Source: an uncultured delta proteobacterium (GTDB taxonomy: Bacteria > Desulfobacterota > Desulfuromonadia > Desulfuromonadales > JACZKF01). Taken from it: DNA of 64,000 bases. The stretch's first letter is position 1; each line of letters starts with the position of its first letter. The DNA is taken from positions 288,001-352,000 of the forward strand of contig CAWFKQ010000007.1 of NCBI GenBank assembly GCA_963816395.1, given 5' to 3'. Under the pieces are notes generated by a model. That model did not search any database and was not told the origin of the DNA. It was given only the letters and a program-made list of their open reading frames with translations. Both the position numbers and the translations under genes were made by a program. This document shows positions 1 through 8,647 of the stretch, piece by piece.

Positions 1-117
1 AACGTGCATCAGGACGTAGAGGTACTCGAACGGGCTGGACTCATTACCCGCAATCCCGATCGTCGGTTGATCGCGCCATGGGAAAAGGTGATCGCTGAAA
101 TCAATCTCGCTGCGTAG
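1..117 (+). CDS. 3' end of a small HTH transcriptional regulator/antitoxin-like protein (partial)
   Basis: Frame 1 reads NVHQDVEVLERAGLITRNPDRRLIAPWEKVIAEINLAA*; NVHxDVxxLxxxGLI is typical of wHTH antitoxin-like regulators. Confidence 0.6.
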   Translation, partial: NVHQDVEVLERAGLITRNPDRRLIAPWEKVIAEINLAA

Positions 118-120
118 GAA

Positions 121-208
121 AACCCTGCCCGGCGATCTCATTCCCCGAGCGCGACGGACGCCGTGACATGCAGTCACTTCTACAGCGGCGGTTATTAGAA
201 GCCTCCCC
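121..208 (+). pseudogene. Collapsed remnant of a phd-relE module
   Basis: TTCCCCGAGCGCG (141-153) matches 2385-2397; 153-207 encodes DGRRDMQSLLQRRLLEAS, matching the RelE C-terminus at 2517-2576. Confidence 0.75.
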
Positions 209-218
209 AAGTTGACCA

Positions 219-369
219 ATCAGGATCAACAGTTCACTACAGGAACACAGAGGAAATCCTCTCGGGAAAAAAGCTTGGGACACGGATTTACGCGGAAAAG
301 CTCTGATAAGAATCTGATTTTTTGAGATCAGAACGTAATCCGTTTCAATCAGATTTGATCCGTGTTCAG
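219..369. repeat. ~150-bp palindromic element, copy 1 (ACACGGAT...ATCCGTGT arms)
   Basis: Near-identical direct copy at 3647-3796; internal inverted arms. Confidence 0.9.
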
Positions 370-472
370 ATACCTGCCAGCACCGTAATCCAATGGAAAC
401 CGCCTTATCCGTATTGCATTCCTACCTTATCCCGCTTATAATCGGATTTCATTCCTATTCTGGAGCGGAATC

Positions 473-1708
473 ATGCTTGACGATCTCATCACACTTAGTC
501 AGACTTTCCTCCGCATCCGCAACCGCGAATTCCAGCGATACTTCCTCCGCGATCAGCCCCTTACCAACCGCTTTTCCATTATCGTCGGGCAGCGCGGAAT
601 TGGCAAAACAACAGTCATGGTCCAGCACCTGCTGGATAGCTACGCAGGGGATCTTTACAGTCGCAAGGCGCTCTACCTCCAGGCCGATCACTTTCTGGTA
701 GTCCGCTCTTCCCTTTATGAAATCGCCGACGAGTTTTATAAGCTTGGTGGCGAGTTCATCTGCTTCGATGAAATCCACAAATACCCCGCCTGGTCGATGG
801 AGTTGAAGAGCATCTGCGACACCTTTCCCAACCTGAGGATGTTGGCATCAGGCAGCTCGGCCCTCGAAATCACCCGGGGAACCCATGACCTGAGCCGACG
901 GGCGGTTGTCTATCGAATGTTTGGCATGTCATTCCGCGAATATATCGGCATGAACCACGGAATTTATTTCGACCGTCTGCCGCTCGAGACCATTCTCAAT
1001 AGCCACCAGCAGGCAGCCGATTCAATCGTGGCGGAACTCGAAAAAAGCAACCTGAAGATCCTGGGCCTTTTCAAAGAATATTTAGCCAACGGCTATTATC
1101 CCTATTTCCGGGAGTATCAGGACAAAATCCAGTTCTACATGACCCTGGAGCAGAATATCCACACGACGCTGGAAAACGACCTTGTCTCTATCCACCAATC
1201 ATTGAACGGGGGGAGCATCAAGAAAATTGAAAAGCTCCTGTCGATCATTTCATCTCTTGTCCCGTTCACTCCGGATTTGAGACACCTCAAGAACCTGTTG
1301 GGGATCGGCGATGAACGGACTCTGAAGACTTATCTTAAATACCTTGAGGATGCGGGAGTGATCCTGACCTTATCCAGAAGCGGCAAGGGACTGAGAGAGA
1401 TGGAGAAACCCGAAAAGATCTACCTGAACGACCCGAACCTCTACCATGCCCTGGCCGGCGGCAGAGCGCCGGATACCGGCGCGATACGGGAAACATTCTT
1501 TCTTAATATGCTTCGGACCGGTCACGCCGTCACAGCTCCCGCCAAAGGGGATTTTCTGGTGGACGATACCTTCACCTTCGAGATCGGCGGCAAGGGTAAG
1601 GATGGCAGTCAGATCAAAAACATTGCGAACGCCTGGCTGGCGCTGGACAACACCGAAATCGGCCACGGCAACCGGATTCCGCTTTGGCTTTTTGGCTATC
1701 TTTATTGA
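473..1708 (+). CDS. AAA+ ATPase, AAA_14/DUF4143 (COG1373-like)
   Basis: Walker A GQRGIGKT, Walker B CFDEIH, SGSS motif, KIYLNDP, C-terminal FEIGG...IPLWLFGYLY. Confidence 0.9.
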   Translation: MLDDLITLSQTFLRIRNREFQRYFLRDQPLTNRFSIIVGQRGIGKTTVMVQHLLDSYAGDLYSRKALYLQADHFLVVRSSLYEIADEFYKLGGEFICFDEIHKYPAWSMELKSICDTFPNLRMLASGSSALEITRGTHDLSRRAVVYRMFGMSFREYIGMNHGIYFDRLPLETILNSHQQAADSIVAELEKSNLKILGLFKEYLANGYYPYFREYQDKIQFYMTLEQNIHTTLENDLVSIHQSLNGGSIKKIEKLLSIISSLVPFTPDLRHLKNLLGIGDERTLKTYLKYLEDAGVILTLSRSGKGLREMEKPEKIYLNDPNLYHALAGGRAPDTGAIRETFFLNMLRTGHAVTAPAKGDFLVDDTFTFEIGGKGKDGSQIKNIANAWLALDNTEIGHGNRIPLWLFGYLY

Positions 1709-1912
1709 TTCACTCGCGAATCCCCTTCGTCATTCCCAAATGCTTTGTCGGCCATCCAGGATTTCAATAGGTTGCAAACTGAGTTCCCGCCCAGAACCGC
1801 TGTGGGAATGTCTATCCCGCAAAAAATCAGGGCAGTGACCCGGGTTTTCTTGAGCCATGCCGGACAGGTGGGATTCGCCGAATAAATTTGGTTCGAGTGC
1901 CAACAGTCAGCC

Positions 1913-1947
1913 TTGCAAGTTGACCTGTTTACGGTCTATATTTAGAC
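1913..1947 (+). promoter_or_regulatory. Putative sigma70 promoter with palindromic operator of the phd-relE operon
   Basis: TTGCAA-18-TATATT; GTCTA-tatt-TAGAC inverted repeat (1934-1947) overlaps the -10. Confidence 0.55.
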
Positions 1948-1968
1948 ATACTCGCAGGGAGGTATGAC

Positions 1969-2244
1969 ATGAAGCTATCCAGCCAGATTAAACCGATCAG
2001 CTATCTCAAAGCCCATGCTGCCGAAATCGTGCGGAATCTCGCTGAGGAGCGGGAGCCTTTGGTTATTACTCAGAATGGCGAAGCCAAGGTGGTCATTCAG
2101 GACATCAGAAGCTATGAAAAAACTCAGGAAACTATGGCCTTCCTTAAAATCCTGGCGCTTGGTCAGCGGCAGATCGAGGAAGGCAGAGTTCAGCCTGCTG
2201 CCGATGTCATCAAGCGCCTGCGCGAGCAAAAGGGAACTCGCTGA
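1969..2244 (+). CDS. Phd/YefM family antitoxin
   Basis: IKPISYLKAHAAEIV...PLVITQNGEAKVV; GGAGG RBS; overlaps toxin start. Confidence 0.92.
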   Translation: MKLSSQIKPISYLKAHAAEIVRNLAEEREPLVITQNGEAKVVIQDIRSYEKTQETMAFLKILALGQRQIEEGRVQPAADVIKRLREQKGTR

Positions 2245-2576
2245 TGCCTTGTTCGGTCTTTTTGACCGATGACGCGGCAGGCGACCTCGAGGATTTGTTC
2301 GACTATATCGCTAACAGCGATGCCCCTGAGCAAGCAGACTACGTACTGGAGCGGATCGAAAGATCTTTCACCAGCCTGTCCGAATTCCCCGAGCGCGGTT
2401 CTTATCCGAAGGAACTGCTGGGACTGGGAATTCGGGAATACCGCGAAATTTTCTTCAAACCTTACCGGATCGTCTACCGGGTTTTAGAAGAAAACGTCTA
2501 TATTCTAGTGATTTCAGACGGACGCCGTGACATTCAATCACTTCTACAGCGGCGGTTATTAGCAGCCTCCCTCTGA
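2244..2576 (+). CDS. RelE/ParE family toxin
   Basis: VFLTDDAAGDLEDLFDYI...LSEFPERG...YRIVYRV...DGRRD. Confidence 0.92.
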   Translation: MPCSVFLTDDAAGDLEDLFDYIANSDAPEQADYVLERIERSFTSLSEFPERGSYPKELLGLGIREYREIFFKPYRIVYRVLEENVYILVISDGRRDIQSLLQRRLLAASL

Positions 2577-2669
2577 TCCTTCTTGTCCTCAGCCTCTCCT
2601 CGCCTGAAGCCCCACTCAATCCCGCAAGAATCTGGGCAGTGTCCCGGGTTTTCCTCTCACTCCCCTAAC

Positions 2670-3166
2670 TCAAGATTCGCCCGCCTGCGTTATAGCGAAG
2701 TTGATCACCGTATCACTGAGATGAATCCCCTTCTCGCGCATCCGCTGAACCGCACCCTTCATTGTGAGAGGGTATCCTTCGCGTTTTGCCCGCAACAGAA
2801 CGCCGATGGAGCCGGTAACGTGGAGGCCGTTCAATCGTGCGATACGCCTTCCGACCGATTCATCAATGCAGACGGTGGCGATACCTTCCTGCAGAGCCAA
2901 CTGGATCACGGAAGCCTCCCCCGATCGAGAGAATTCCGAAGAAAAAGGGATATATCCAAGGGCTCGGGAATTCTGGCAAGTCCATCGGACGACTTGAATT
3001 GCTCCACCGCAAAACCGGTAGCGCCGCCGGCAAGGATCTCGCTTTGGACCTCGAAGGGAACGAGGACGCGGGCATATAGTTTCCCCAATACCTCCAGGTT
3101 ACCAAGTGCCGCAACAATGGCAATGATGGGGCCGGTGTTGATGACGATTTCAGTCGTTTCAGGCAT
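2670..3166 (-). CDS. PIN-domain DUF3368-like toxin (frameshift near 2910)
   Basis: IVINTGPIIA...VPFEVQSEI + LDRGE(A)...CIDESVGRRIARLNGLHVTGSIGVLLRAK across two frames. Confidence 0.85.
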
Positions 3167-3413
3167 TTTTCAGATCGGAACGGAGTTCTTCCTCTTCCAG
3201 ATCTATCGCCGATACGCCAAATCGATGTAACGAAAGCAGAAAAGAAACGCGGTCCATACCCAGGAGGGAGGCGGCCATTCCGGAAGAGAGCCGTTTCATC
3301 TCGAAAAGCTTCACGGCCATCGCCATTTTGGCTTCCTTTTCGAACTCCTCACGGGTCTCGTTGAGGGCATCAGGAATGGTTTCCGGATATTCTATTTTCA
3401 TCTGAAGCGGCAT
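3159..3413 (-). CDS. UPF0175 family antitoxin
   Basis: AVKLFEMKRLSSGMAASLLGMDRVSFL; AGGAG RBS; overlaps PIN gene. Confidence 0.85.
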   Translation of the reverse strand: MPLQMKIEYPETIPDALNETREEFEKEAKMAMAVKLFEMKRLSSGMAASLLGMDRVSFLLSLHRFGVSAIDLEEEELRSDLKNA

Positions 3414-3646
3414 GGGTTTGCTCCTTACTGTTGAGAACATCGTTCGTCTCTTTCCCGCCCTATTTCTCACAGGCGAGACTGTTCGCAGCACATGGCAGAT
3501 CACCTAAAATCTCGAGTTGATGGGATTGTTCATTATCTTGTTGAACAGAATAGCAGAATCCTTCGAGCTTCGCCAAAGGATTTGACGCTCAAATAACTGC
3601 TTAGACCCCCTGGGCGCGCCCGCAAGATCGGCCCCCGGCCTTGAGC

Positions 3647-3796
3647 ATCAGGATCAACAGTTTCACCACGGAACACAGAGGAAATCCTCTCGGGAAAAAA
3701 GCTTGGGACACGGATTTACGCGGAAAAGCTCTGATAAGAATCTGATTTTTAAGATCAGATTTTAATCCGCTTGCATCAGATTTGATCCGTGTTCAG
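3647..3796. repeat. ~150-bp palindromic element, copy 2
   Basis: Direct repeat of 219-369. Confidence 0.9.
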
Positions 3797-3840
3797 TTTT
3801 AAGGCAACTAACCTCACTTTAATCCGCACCGCCGCAAGGT

Positions 3841-3927
3841 ATGAAGAACGCCTGGCTAGCGCTGGGCAATGTCAAGATCGGCCATGACAACCGGGTTCCG
3901 CTCTGGCTTTTTGGTTTTCTTTATTGA
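3841..3927 (+). pseudogene. 3'-terminal remnant of an AAA/DUF4143 paralogue
   Basis: MKNAWLALGNVKIGHDNRVPLWLFGFLY* versus NAWLALDNTEIGHGNRIPLWLFGYLY* at the end of 473-1708. Confidence 0.85.
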
Positions 3928-4048
3928 ATCGTAATCTGGTTATGCACTTCACCCAAGGTTAATGTCCAGGATCCCCCCAAGGATTCGGTTGCCACATTTC
4001 CTGTTTTAACCTATTGTTATCTATATTTACCGCTTCAGAGGATCGGCC

Positions 4049-4366
4049 ATGGTCACTCAGCAAAATCTGCAATCGGCTGTTCGGAAACTCGCCGGGTCCT
4101 TTCACCCAGAGCGGATCATCCTTTTTGGCTCGCAAGCACGGGGGGATGCTGATGAGCGCAGCGATGTCGATCTCCTGGTCATCACTGAGATCCAGGGGAG
4201 CCGCCGGGCTCTGATGGTTGCCATGGACCGGGCGCTGCGGGACATTGGCTTTGCCAGAGACATCGTCATTCTCACCCCGGACGAGTTCGAACGCGACAAG
4301 GAAATACCGGGGACCGTCGCCAGACCGGCATGGAAGGAGGGAAAGGTCCTCTATGCCCGCCACTGA
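4049..4366 (+). CDS. Minimal nucleotidyltransferase (MNT) antitoxin
   Basis: IILFGSQARG...SDVDLLVI motif. Confidence 0.9.
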   Translation: MVTQQNLQSAVRKLAGSFHPERIILFGSQARGDADERSDVDLLVITEIQGSRRALMVAMDRALRDIGFARDIVILTPDEFERDKEIPGTVARPAWKEGKVLYARH

Positions 4367-4568
4367 CAGGGATGTCCTGAATAAAGTCTATCAATGGCTG
4401 CAGTTCGAGGACGAAGATCTACTCCTCGCCAGACACGGACTCACCTTACAGTCCTCTGTTCCCTATCGTCTGATTGCTTACCACGCCCAGCAAACGATAT
4501 CGTCAGGCGCCTGCGCGAGCGACATGCAATCGCTTCTACAGCGGCGGTTACTTGCCGCATCCCTCTGA
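4353..4568 (+). pseudogene. Truncated HEPN protein fused in frame to a phd-relE remnant
   Basis: WLQFEDEDLLLA...IAYHAQQ breaks at ~4493, then CGATATCGTCAGGCGCCTGCGCGAGC (like 2202-2227) and DMQSLLQRRLLAASL*. Confidence 0.75.
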
Positions 4569-4682
4569 TCCTTTTTCGCCCTCGGCCTCACCTTCCAAAA
4601 CCCCTCCGACAGCTAAGGCCTCCATCAGGAGCCCGAGACTCCCCTCCCTGCAAATTCGTGCTTGCCCCTTAATCGACATTTA

Positions 4683-4702
4683 TGTTATCAATTTTGATAA
4701 CA
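4683..4702. promoter_or_regulatory. Inverted-repeat operator upstream of AbiE-like operon
   Basis: TGTTATCAA-tt-TTGATAACA perfect 9-bp arms. Confidence 0.6.
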
Positions 4703-4721
4703 AATATGGGGGAGAATAACT

Positions 4722-5627
4722 ATGCCGCGTCCGTTTTCACGGGAAGAGCAGCGCGAAATTGCTGACAGCATTCACTTTCATCTGGTCCATGGCTTTGTCC
4801 TGGCGGCCGGCCGCGACCTCGTCTTCCAAGGCGGCACCTGCCTCGCAATGGCTTGGGACTCTCCACGCTACTCCGAAGATGTCGATTTTCTTTTCTCCCG
4901 CGATAAGGATGCGGCGCCGGACCGGGCGATGGGCAAGGCCCTCCAGCTGGTTCGCGACGCACTGCAGCTCCGGGATCCCCTGGGAAAAGTCGAGGTTGTA
5001 AAGAAGGAAAGAGGGCAAACTAATCCCTTGATCATTTACCAGATCAAGTACACGCATCAGGAACGCAGGGGCAAGATCCAGGTCCATGCGGACGTGCTCC
5101 GCATTGCGGCAGCCAGCTTGCATTCCTATCGACGGGCGATCCGGTCAGTGCGACCACCTGCGGGTTCCGGATACCGTCTCGATGTCGTCGTGCCGGTCGC
5201 TACGCCGCAGATGCTTTACGTCGACAAGATCTTCGCCATGGCCTTTCGTCCGAACCCGAAGTGGCGTGATTTCTTCGATGTCTGGTGGATGCGCAGCCAA
5301 ATGCGCCCTTTCCTGCCGGCGCCGCATGAATGGCGGCAGGAGTTCGTTGAGAACGTGAAAACAAATCTGGAGATCTACGGCCGGATGGAACTGGAACTGC
5401 TCCAGGCCCTGAAGAGCCGGGTAAATCCACAGGCGAAGCCGCCGGCATCCTCCTGGGAAGATGGCCTGCGGGCAGAGCTGGCAAATTGGCTCCCCGAGAG
5501 TTTCTTTCGCTCCCTGGATACCCTCGACGGCTTTCGGATCATGGCCGGATTCGTGGAGCAGGAAATCCACCGGGTCATCGAAATCCTCGGCGAACCCGCC
5601 GGGCTCGGGGGAAATACGGGAGGGTGA
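4722..5627 (+). CDS. AbiEii/AbiGii-family nucleotidyltransferase toxin
   Basis: LVFQGGTCL...RYSEDVDF, DKIFA...R...RDFFDVWW. Confidence 0.88.
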   Translation: MPRPFSREEQREIADSIHFHLVHGFVLAAGRDLVFQGGTCLAMAWDSPRYSEDVDFLFSRDKDAAPDRAMGKALQLVRDALQLRDPLGKVEVVKKERGQTNPLIIYQIKYTHQERRGKIQVHADVLRIAAASLHSYRRAIRSVRPPAGSGYRLDVVVPVATPQMLYVDKIFAMAFRPNPKWRDFFDVWWMRSQMRPFLPAPHEWRQEFVENVKTNLEIYGRMELELLQALKSRVNPQAKPPASSWEDGLRAELANWLPESFFRSLDTLDGFRIMAGFVEQEIHRVIEILGEPAGLGGNTGG

Positions 5628-6238
5628 GCGTGAACTATCGTCGCTCCTATGATGTCCTGCGGGAGTTGCCGCCGGTTTTCTCCCTCCGGGAGATGGAACT
5701 GCTGACCGGCCAGGCTTACCCGGTCTGCCGCCTGGCCCTGCATCGGTGGCGCCGACGCGGCTGGATCAAAGACCTGGGGCCGCGAACAGGCGTTTATTTC
5801 AACCTTCTGAAAGATCCGAAGGCGTGGGGGAATTATCTCCCCGATGCCCTCCGCAAACTGTTCCCCGGCGCCGTGGTCATCGGCCCCAGCGTTCTGCACG
5901 ACCACGGCTGGACCACTCAGATTCCCCAACTCCTGCATGTGGCCGTCCCTGCCCGGCGCAGCCTCCCTCAGCTGCACGGCGTCCACCTGGTCGGCCGCCC
6001 CCGGCGCTGGTACCGGCAGGTGGCCCCCTACCTGCAGCCTGGCTCCTCCGGCCTGCCCGAACTCCCCCCCGCAATGGCCCTTGCCGACTGTCTGCGTTAC
6101 CGGGACTCCTGGGTTCCGGATGCCGATGACCTCGAACTCGGCGAAATGAGCGCGCAGGAACTGGCGACAGCGGCTCGCTGGCTGGGGACTTCACCGGAGG
6201 CGATGGCGCCTTATCTGGAGAAAACCATAGAAAAATAG
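5624..6238 (+). CDS. Putative AbiEi-like antitoxin (N-terminal wHTH)
   Basis: GTGA overlap with toxin stop; LPPVFSLREM...LHRWRRRGWI...GVY; SVLHDHGWTTQIP; ALADCL. Confidence 0.6.
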   Translation: MSVNYRRSYDVLRELPPVFSLREMELLTGQAYPVCRLALHRWRRRGWIKDLGPRTGVYFNLLKDPKAWGNYLPDALRKLFPGAVVIGPSVLHDHGWTTQIPQLLHVAVPARRSLPQLHGVHLVGRPRRWYRQVAPYLQPGSSGLPELPPAMALADCLRYRDSWVPDADDLELGEMSAQELATAARWLGTSPEAMAPYLEKTIEK

Positions 6239-6271
6239 AAAGCAGCGCCCTGTCCCCTGCTCTTCAAAGAA

Positions 6272-6304
6272 GATTTATCCCCTTCATCCCCTTTATCCCT
6301 GTGA
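6272..6304. repeat. Single arm of GGGGAT/ATCCCC palindromic element
   Basis: GATTTATCCCCTTCATCCCCTTTATCCCTGT, similar to 18973-19002 and 29791-30030. Confidence 0.7.
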
Positions 6305-6554
6305 ATGCTCTGCCTTGTTTTTGGCAGCTGTCATCACTGCAGTAAAGTGCATTCTTGCGGGCGCCGACGGCAGAGACGAAGTGTAATACATCGATATTTC
6401 ATACTTTTTCCTCTGAACTCGGACAAAATCCTAGGCAGTTTGATATATGTTCTTAATGAACAATAAGCCTCCTCCCCAATTTACATCGGTCAAATCCAAG
6501 GTTAAATGAAAACCATCTCACGCAAGTTGCTCACTTCCACCAAGCAGCATTCGA

Positions 6555-6734
6555 ATGACGGGGTTCCTGATGCGAGTGTCTGAAAGAATATACAACCTGG
6601 TGGCAGATGAGGAAGGGGCGACGATGGTCGAATATGCCATCATGGTCGGGTTCATCGCCGCGGTTTGCATCGGGGTCGTCACACTCTCGGGAAAGACGTG
6701 TTCGGACTTGTTCAATAGCGTACCGGATTTTTGA
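6555..6734 (+). CDS. flp: Flp family type IVc pilin 1 (59 aa, below ORF-track cutoff)
   Basis: DEEGATMVEYAIMVGFIAAVCIG: G|xxxxEY motif followed by hydrophobic helix. Confidence 0.88.
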   Translation: MTGFLMRVSERIYNLVADEEGATMVEYAIMVGFIAAVCIGVVTLSGKTCSDLFNSVPDF

Positions 6735-6793
6735 CCAATTCAGCTTTCACCGGCAGCCTTGCTGCCATACTCACACCCAAAGGAGGCAGGGAA

Positions 6794-6952
6794 ATGGAAA
6801 AGATGAAAAAGAAAATGATGCAGTTGTGGAAGGATGAGGAGGGGGCGACGATGGTGGAGTATGGGATCATGGTTGCCTTGATTGCGGCAGTTGCCATTGC
6901 AGTTGTTACTGACGCTTGGGAAGACAGGTTGAAAATGCTTTCAACTATGTAA
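6794..6952 (+). CDS. flp: Flp family pilin 2 (C-terminus probably frameshifted, true end ~6979)
   Basis: WKDEEGATMVEYGIMVALIAAVAIAVV; AGGAGG RBS. Confidence 0.9.
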   Translation: MEKMKKKMMQLWKDEEGATMVEYGIMVALIAAVAIAVVTDAWEDRLKMLSTM

Positions 6953-7002
6953 CAGCCAGATTACAATACCAGCTAACTAAAACGTGATTTTAGACTCCTT
7001 CC

Positions 7003-7509
7003 ATGATTTTGAACGTGATTTTTCTCCTGGTCATCACCGCGAGTGACCTGACTAGGAGAAAAATCCCCAATTCCGTCACCATATCCGCTGCCGTTATTGG
7101 ATTTATCTGCAATATCTATTTCTCCGGCGTGAACGGTCTTCTCCACGCCGGAGAAGGTTTTGCTCTCGGATTCGGTCTCCTGATTTTGCCGTTCCTGTTG
7201 AGCGGCATGGGTGCGGGTGACGTCAAGGCGATGGCTGCGCTGGGGGCCCTGATCGGGCCCTCAGCGGTTTTTCAGACGTTTCTCTACATGGCGCTCATCG
7301 GGGGGGTGATCTCCATGGTCTATTACCTTGCCGTTTACAACGTTCGCGAGAAGGCGCGGGCGGGTCTGGTGGCTCTCGGCGCCTTCGTGGCTTCCCGGGA
7401 CGTGCGCTGTCTGGTCCCGGCAACTCCCGCGAAGAAGCACAAGATCCCCTATGCTCCAGCCATGGCCCTGGGGTATCTGGCTTATCTCGCCTGGGGCAAT
7501 CTCGTCTGA
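7003..7509 (+). CDS. cpaA: Prepilin peptidase CpaA/TadV (A24)
   Basis: SDLTRRKIPN, MGAGDVKAMAALG, IPYAPA. Confidence 0.92.
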   Translation: MILNVIFLLVITASDLTRRKIPNSVTISAAVIGFICNIYFSGVNGLLHAGEGFALGFGLLILPFLLSGMGAGDVKAMAALGALIGPSAVFQTFLYMALIGGVISMVYYLAVYNVREKARAGLVALGAFVASRDVRCLVPATPAKKHKIPYAPAMALGYLAYLAWGNLV

Positions 7510-7540
7510 GCAAAAAATCTCCCTTGGGCTGCTGGCCCGC

Positions 7541-7628
7541 CCCCTCTCCCTAGCCCTCTCCCACAAGGGGAGAGGGAATTTAAAAGCTCTCATCTCTTCG
7601 ATTGGCAGGGGTTGGGGGAGGGTGCCAC
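7541..7628. repeat. CCCTCTCCC/GGGAGAGGG REP-like element, copy 1
   Basis: Hairpin; near reverse complement of 14895-14978, similar to 17931-18019. Confidence 0.85.
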
Positions 7629-7679
7629 TCTCCGCGCCTCTGCGCCTCCGCGTTAATTCCGAATTTTTCCCCTCCCCGA

Positions 7680-7707
7680 TTGACATCATGAAAAGGTGCG
7701 GTAAGTT
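7680..7707 (+). promoter_or_regulatory. Possible internal sigma70 promoter for cpaB operon
   Basis: TTGACA-16-TAAGTT in AT-rich spacer. Confidence 0.4.
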
Positions 7708-7766
7708 ATTCATCTATAATTAAAGTGAAATTAATTAAGCTTTTGCATTTTACCCGGAGGTTGCGC

Positions 7767-8598
7767 ATGAAACGCTACGGTGCCCTGCTCGCTCTCGTCC
7801 TGGCCGTCGGCTTCGGCCTGCTGGCGGTGGTGCTGGCGAACAAGTGGCTGTCGGCCCGCGGCCGGCAGGTCGCCGTGAATACCACGGAGAAGATCCCCTC
7901 GGTAAAGGTGGTGGTTGCGGCCAAGGATCTGGATATCGGTACTCCGCTCACGGCGGAGCAACTGACCCTGACCGAATGGCCGAAGTCGAGCGTTCCCAAA
8001 GGCGCTTTCAACGAGATCGGCGCGCTGAAGGAGCGCACGGTGATCGCCAAGCTCTGGGCGGGCGAGCCGATCCTGGCCTCCGAACTGGCGGCGCCGGGTT
8101 CGGGAGCGGGCATGGTGGCGACCATCAACCCGGGGATGCGGGCGATGGCGGTGCGGGTCGATGAAGTGAGCGGGGTCGGCGGCTTCATCCTCCCCAACAC
8201 CTATGTCGACGTGATCGCGGTCAACTAGCAAAAACCGCAAGGAGAAATCCTCCCAAACCATTCTCCGTCGGGTCAAGGTGCTGGCCATCGCCCAGGAGAC
8301 GTTCACCGAGAATGGCAAACCAAAAATTGTAAAGACGGTCACCTTGGAGCTGGCGCCGAAGGAGACGGAGAAGCTTGCCCTGGAGACGCACGAAGGAAGC
8401 ATCCAGATGGTTCTCCGCAATCCCCGTGACGATGCTGAACCGGAAATGGAGAAGCCGCAGGTCGTTACCCGAACCCGCAAGGTTTACGTCACCAGGCCCG
8501 CGCCAAAACCACCGCAGTCCTTCCAGGTGGAGGTGATCCGACGCTCCAAGCGCGAATCGGTGAAGTTCAAGGGGGACGGCTCGGACGAAAAGATCTGA
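7767..8598 (+). CDS. cpaB: Flp pilus assembly protein CpaB/RcpC (frameshift ~8225)
   Basis: SAF domain VVVAAKDL, PGMRAMAVRVDEVSGVGGFILPNTYVDVI, VTLEL..E.EKLAL. Confidence 0.92.
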
Positions 8599-8647
8599 CC
8601 CGCTGAACGAAATAAAGTGCCATGTATCAGATGACCAGGAGGTAAAG

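Noticed and set aside
1727..1812. Degenerate GTCATTCCC...GGGAATG REP-like hairpin
   Set aside because: Too decayed and single-copy to annotate with confidence.
219..4568. CRISPR array or classical integron
   Set aside because: Repeats are few, long and irregularly spaced; no cas genes, no intI, and no clear attC core pairs.
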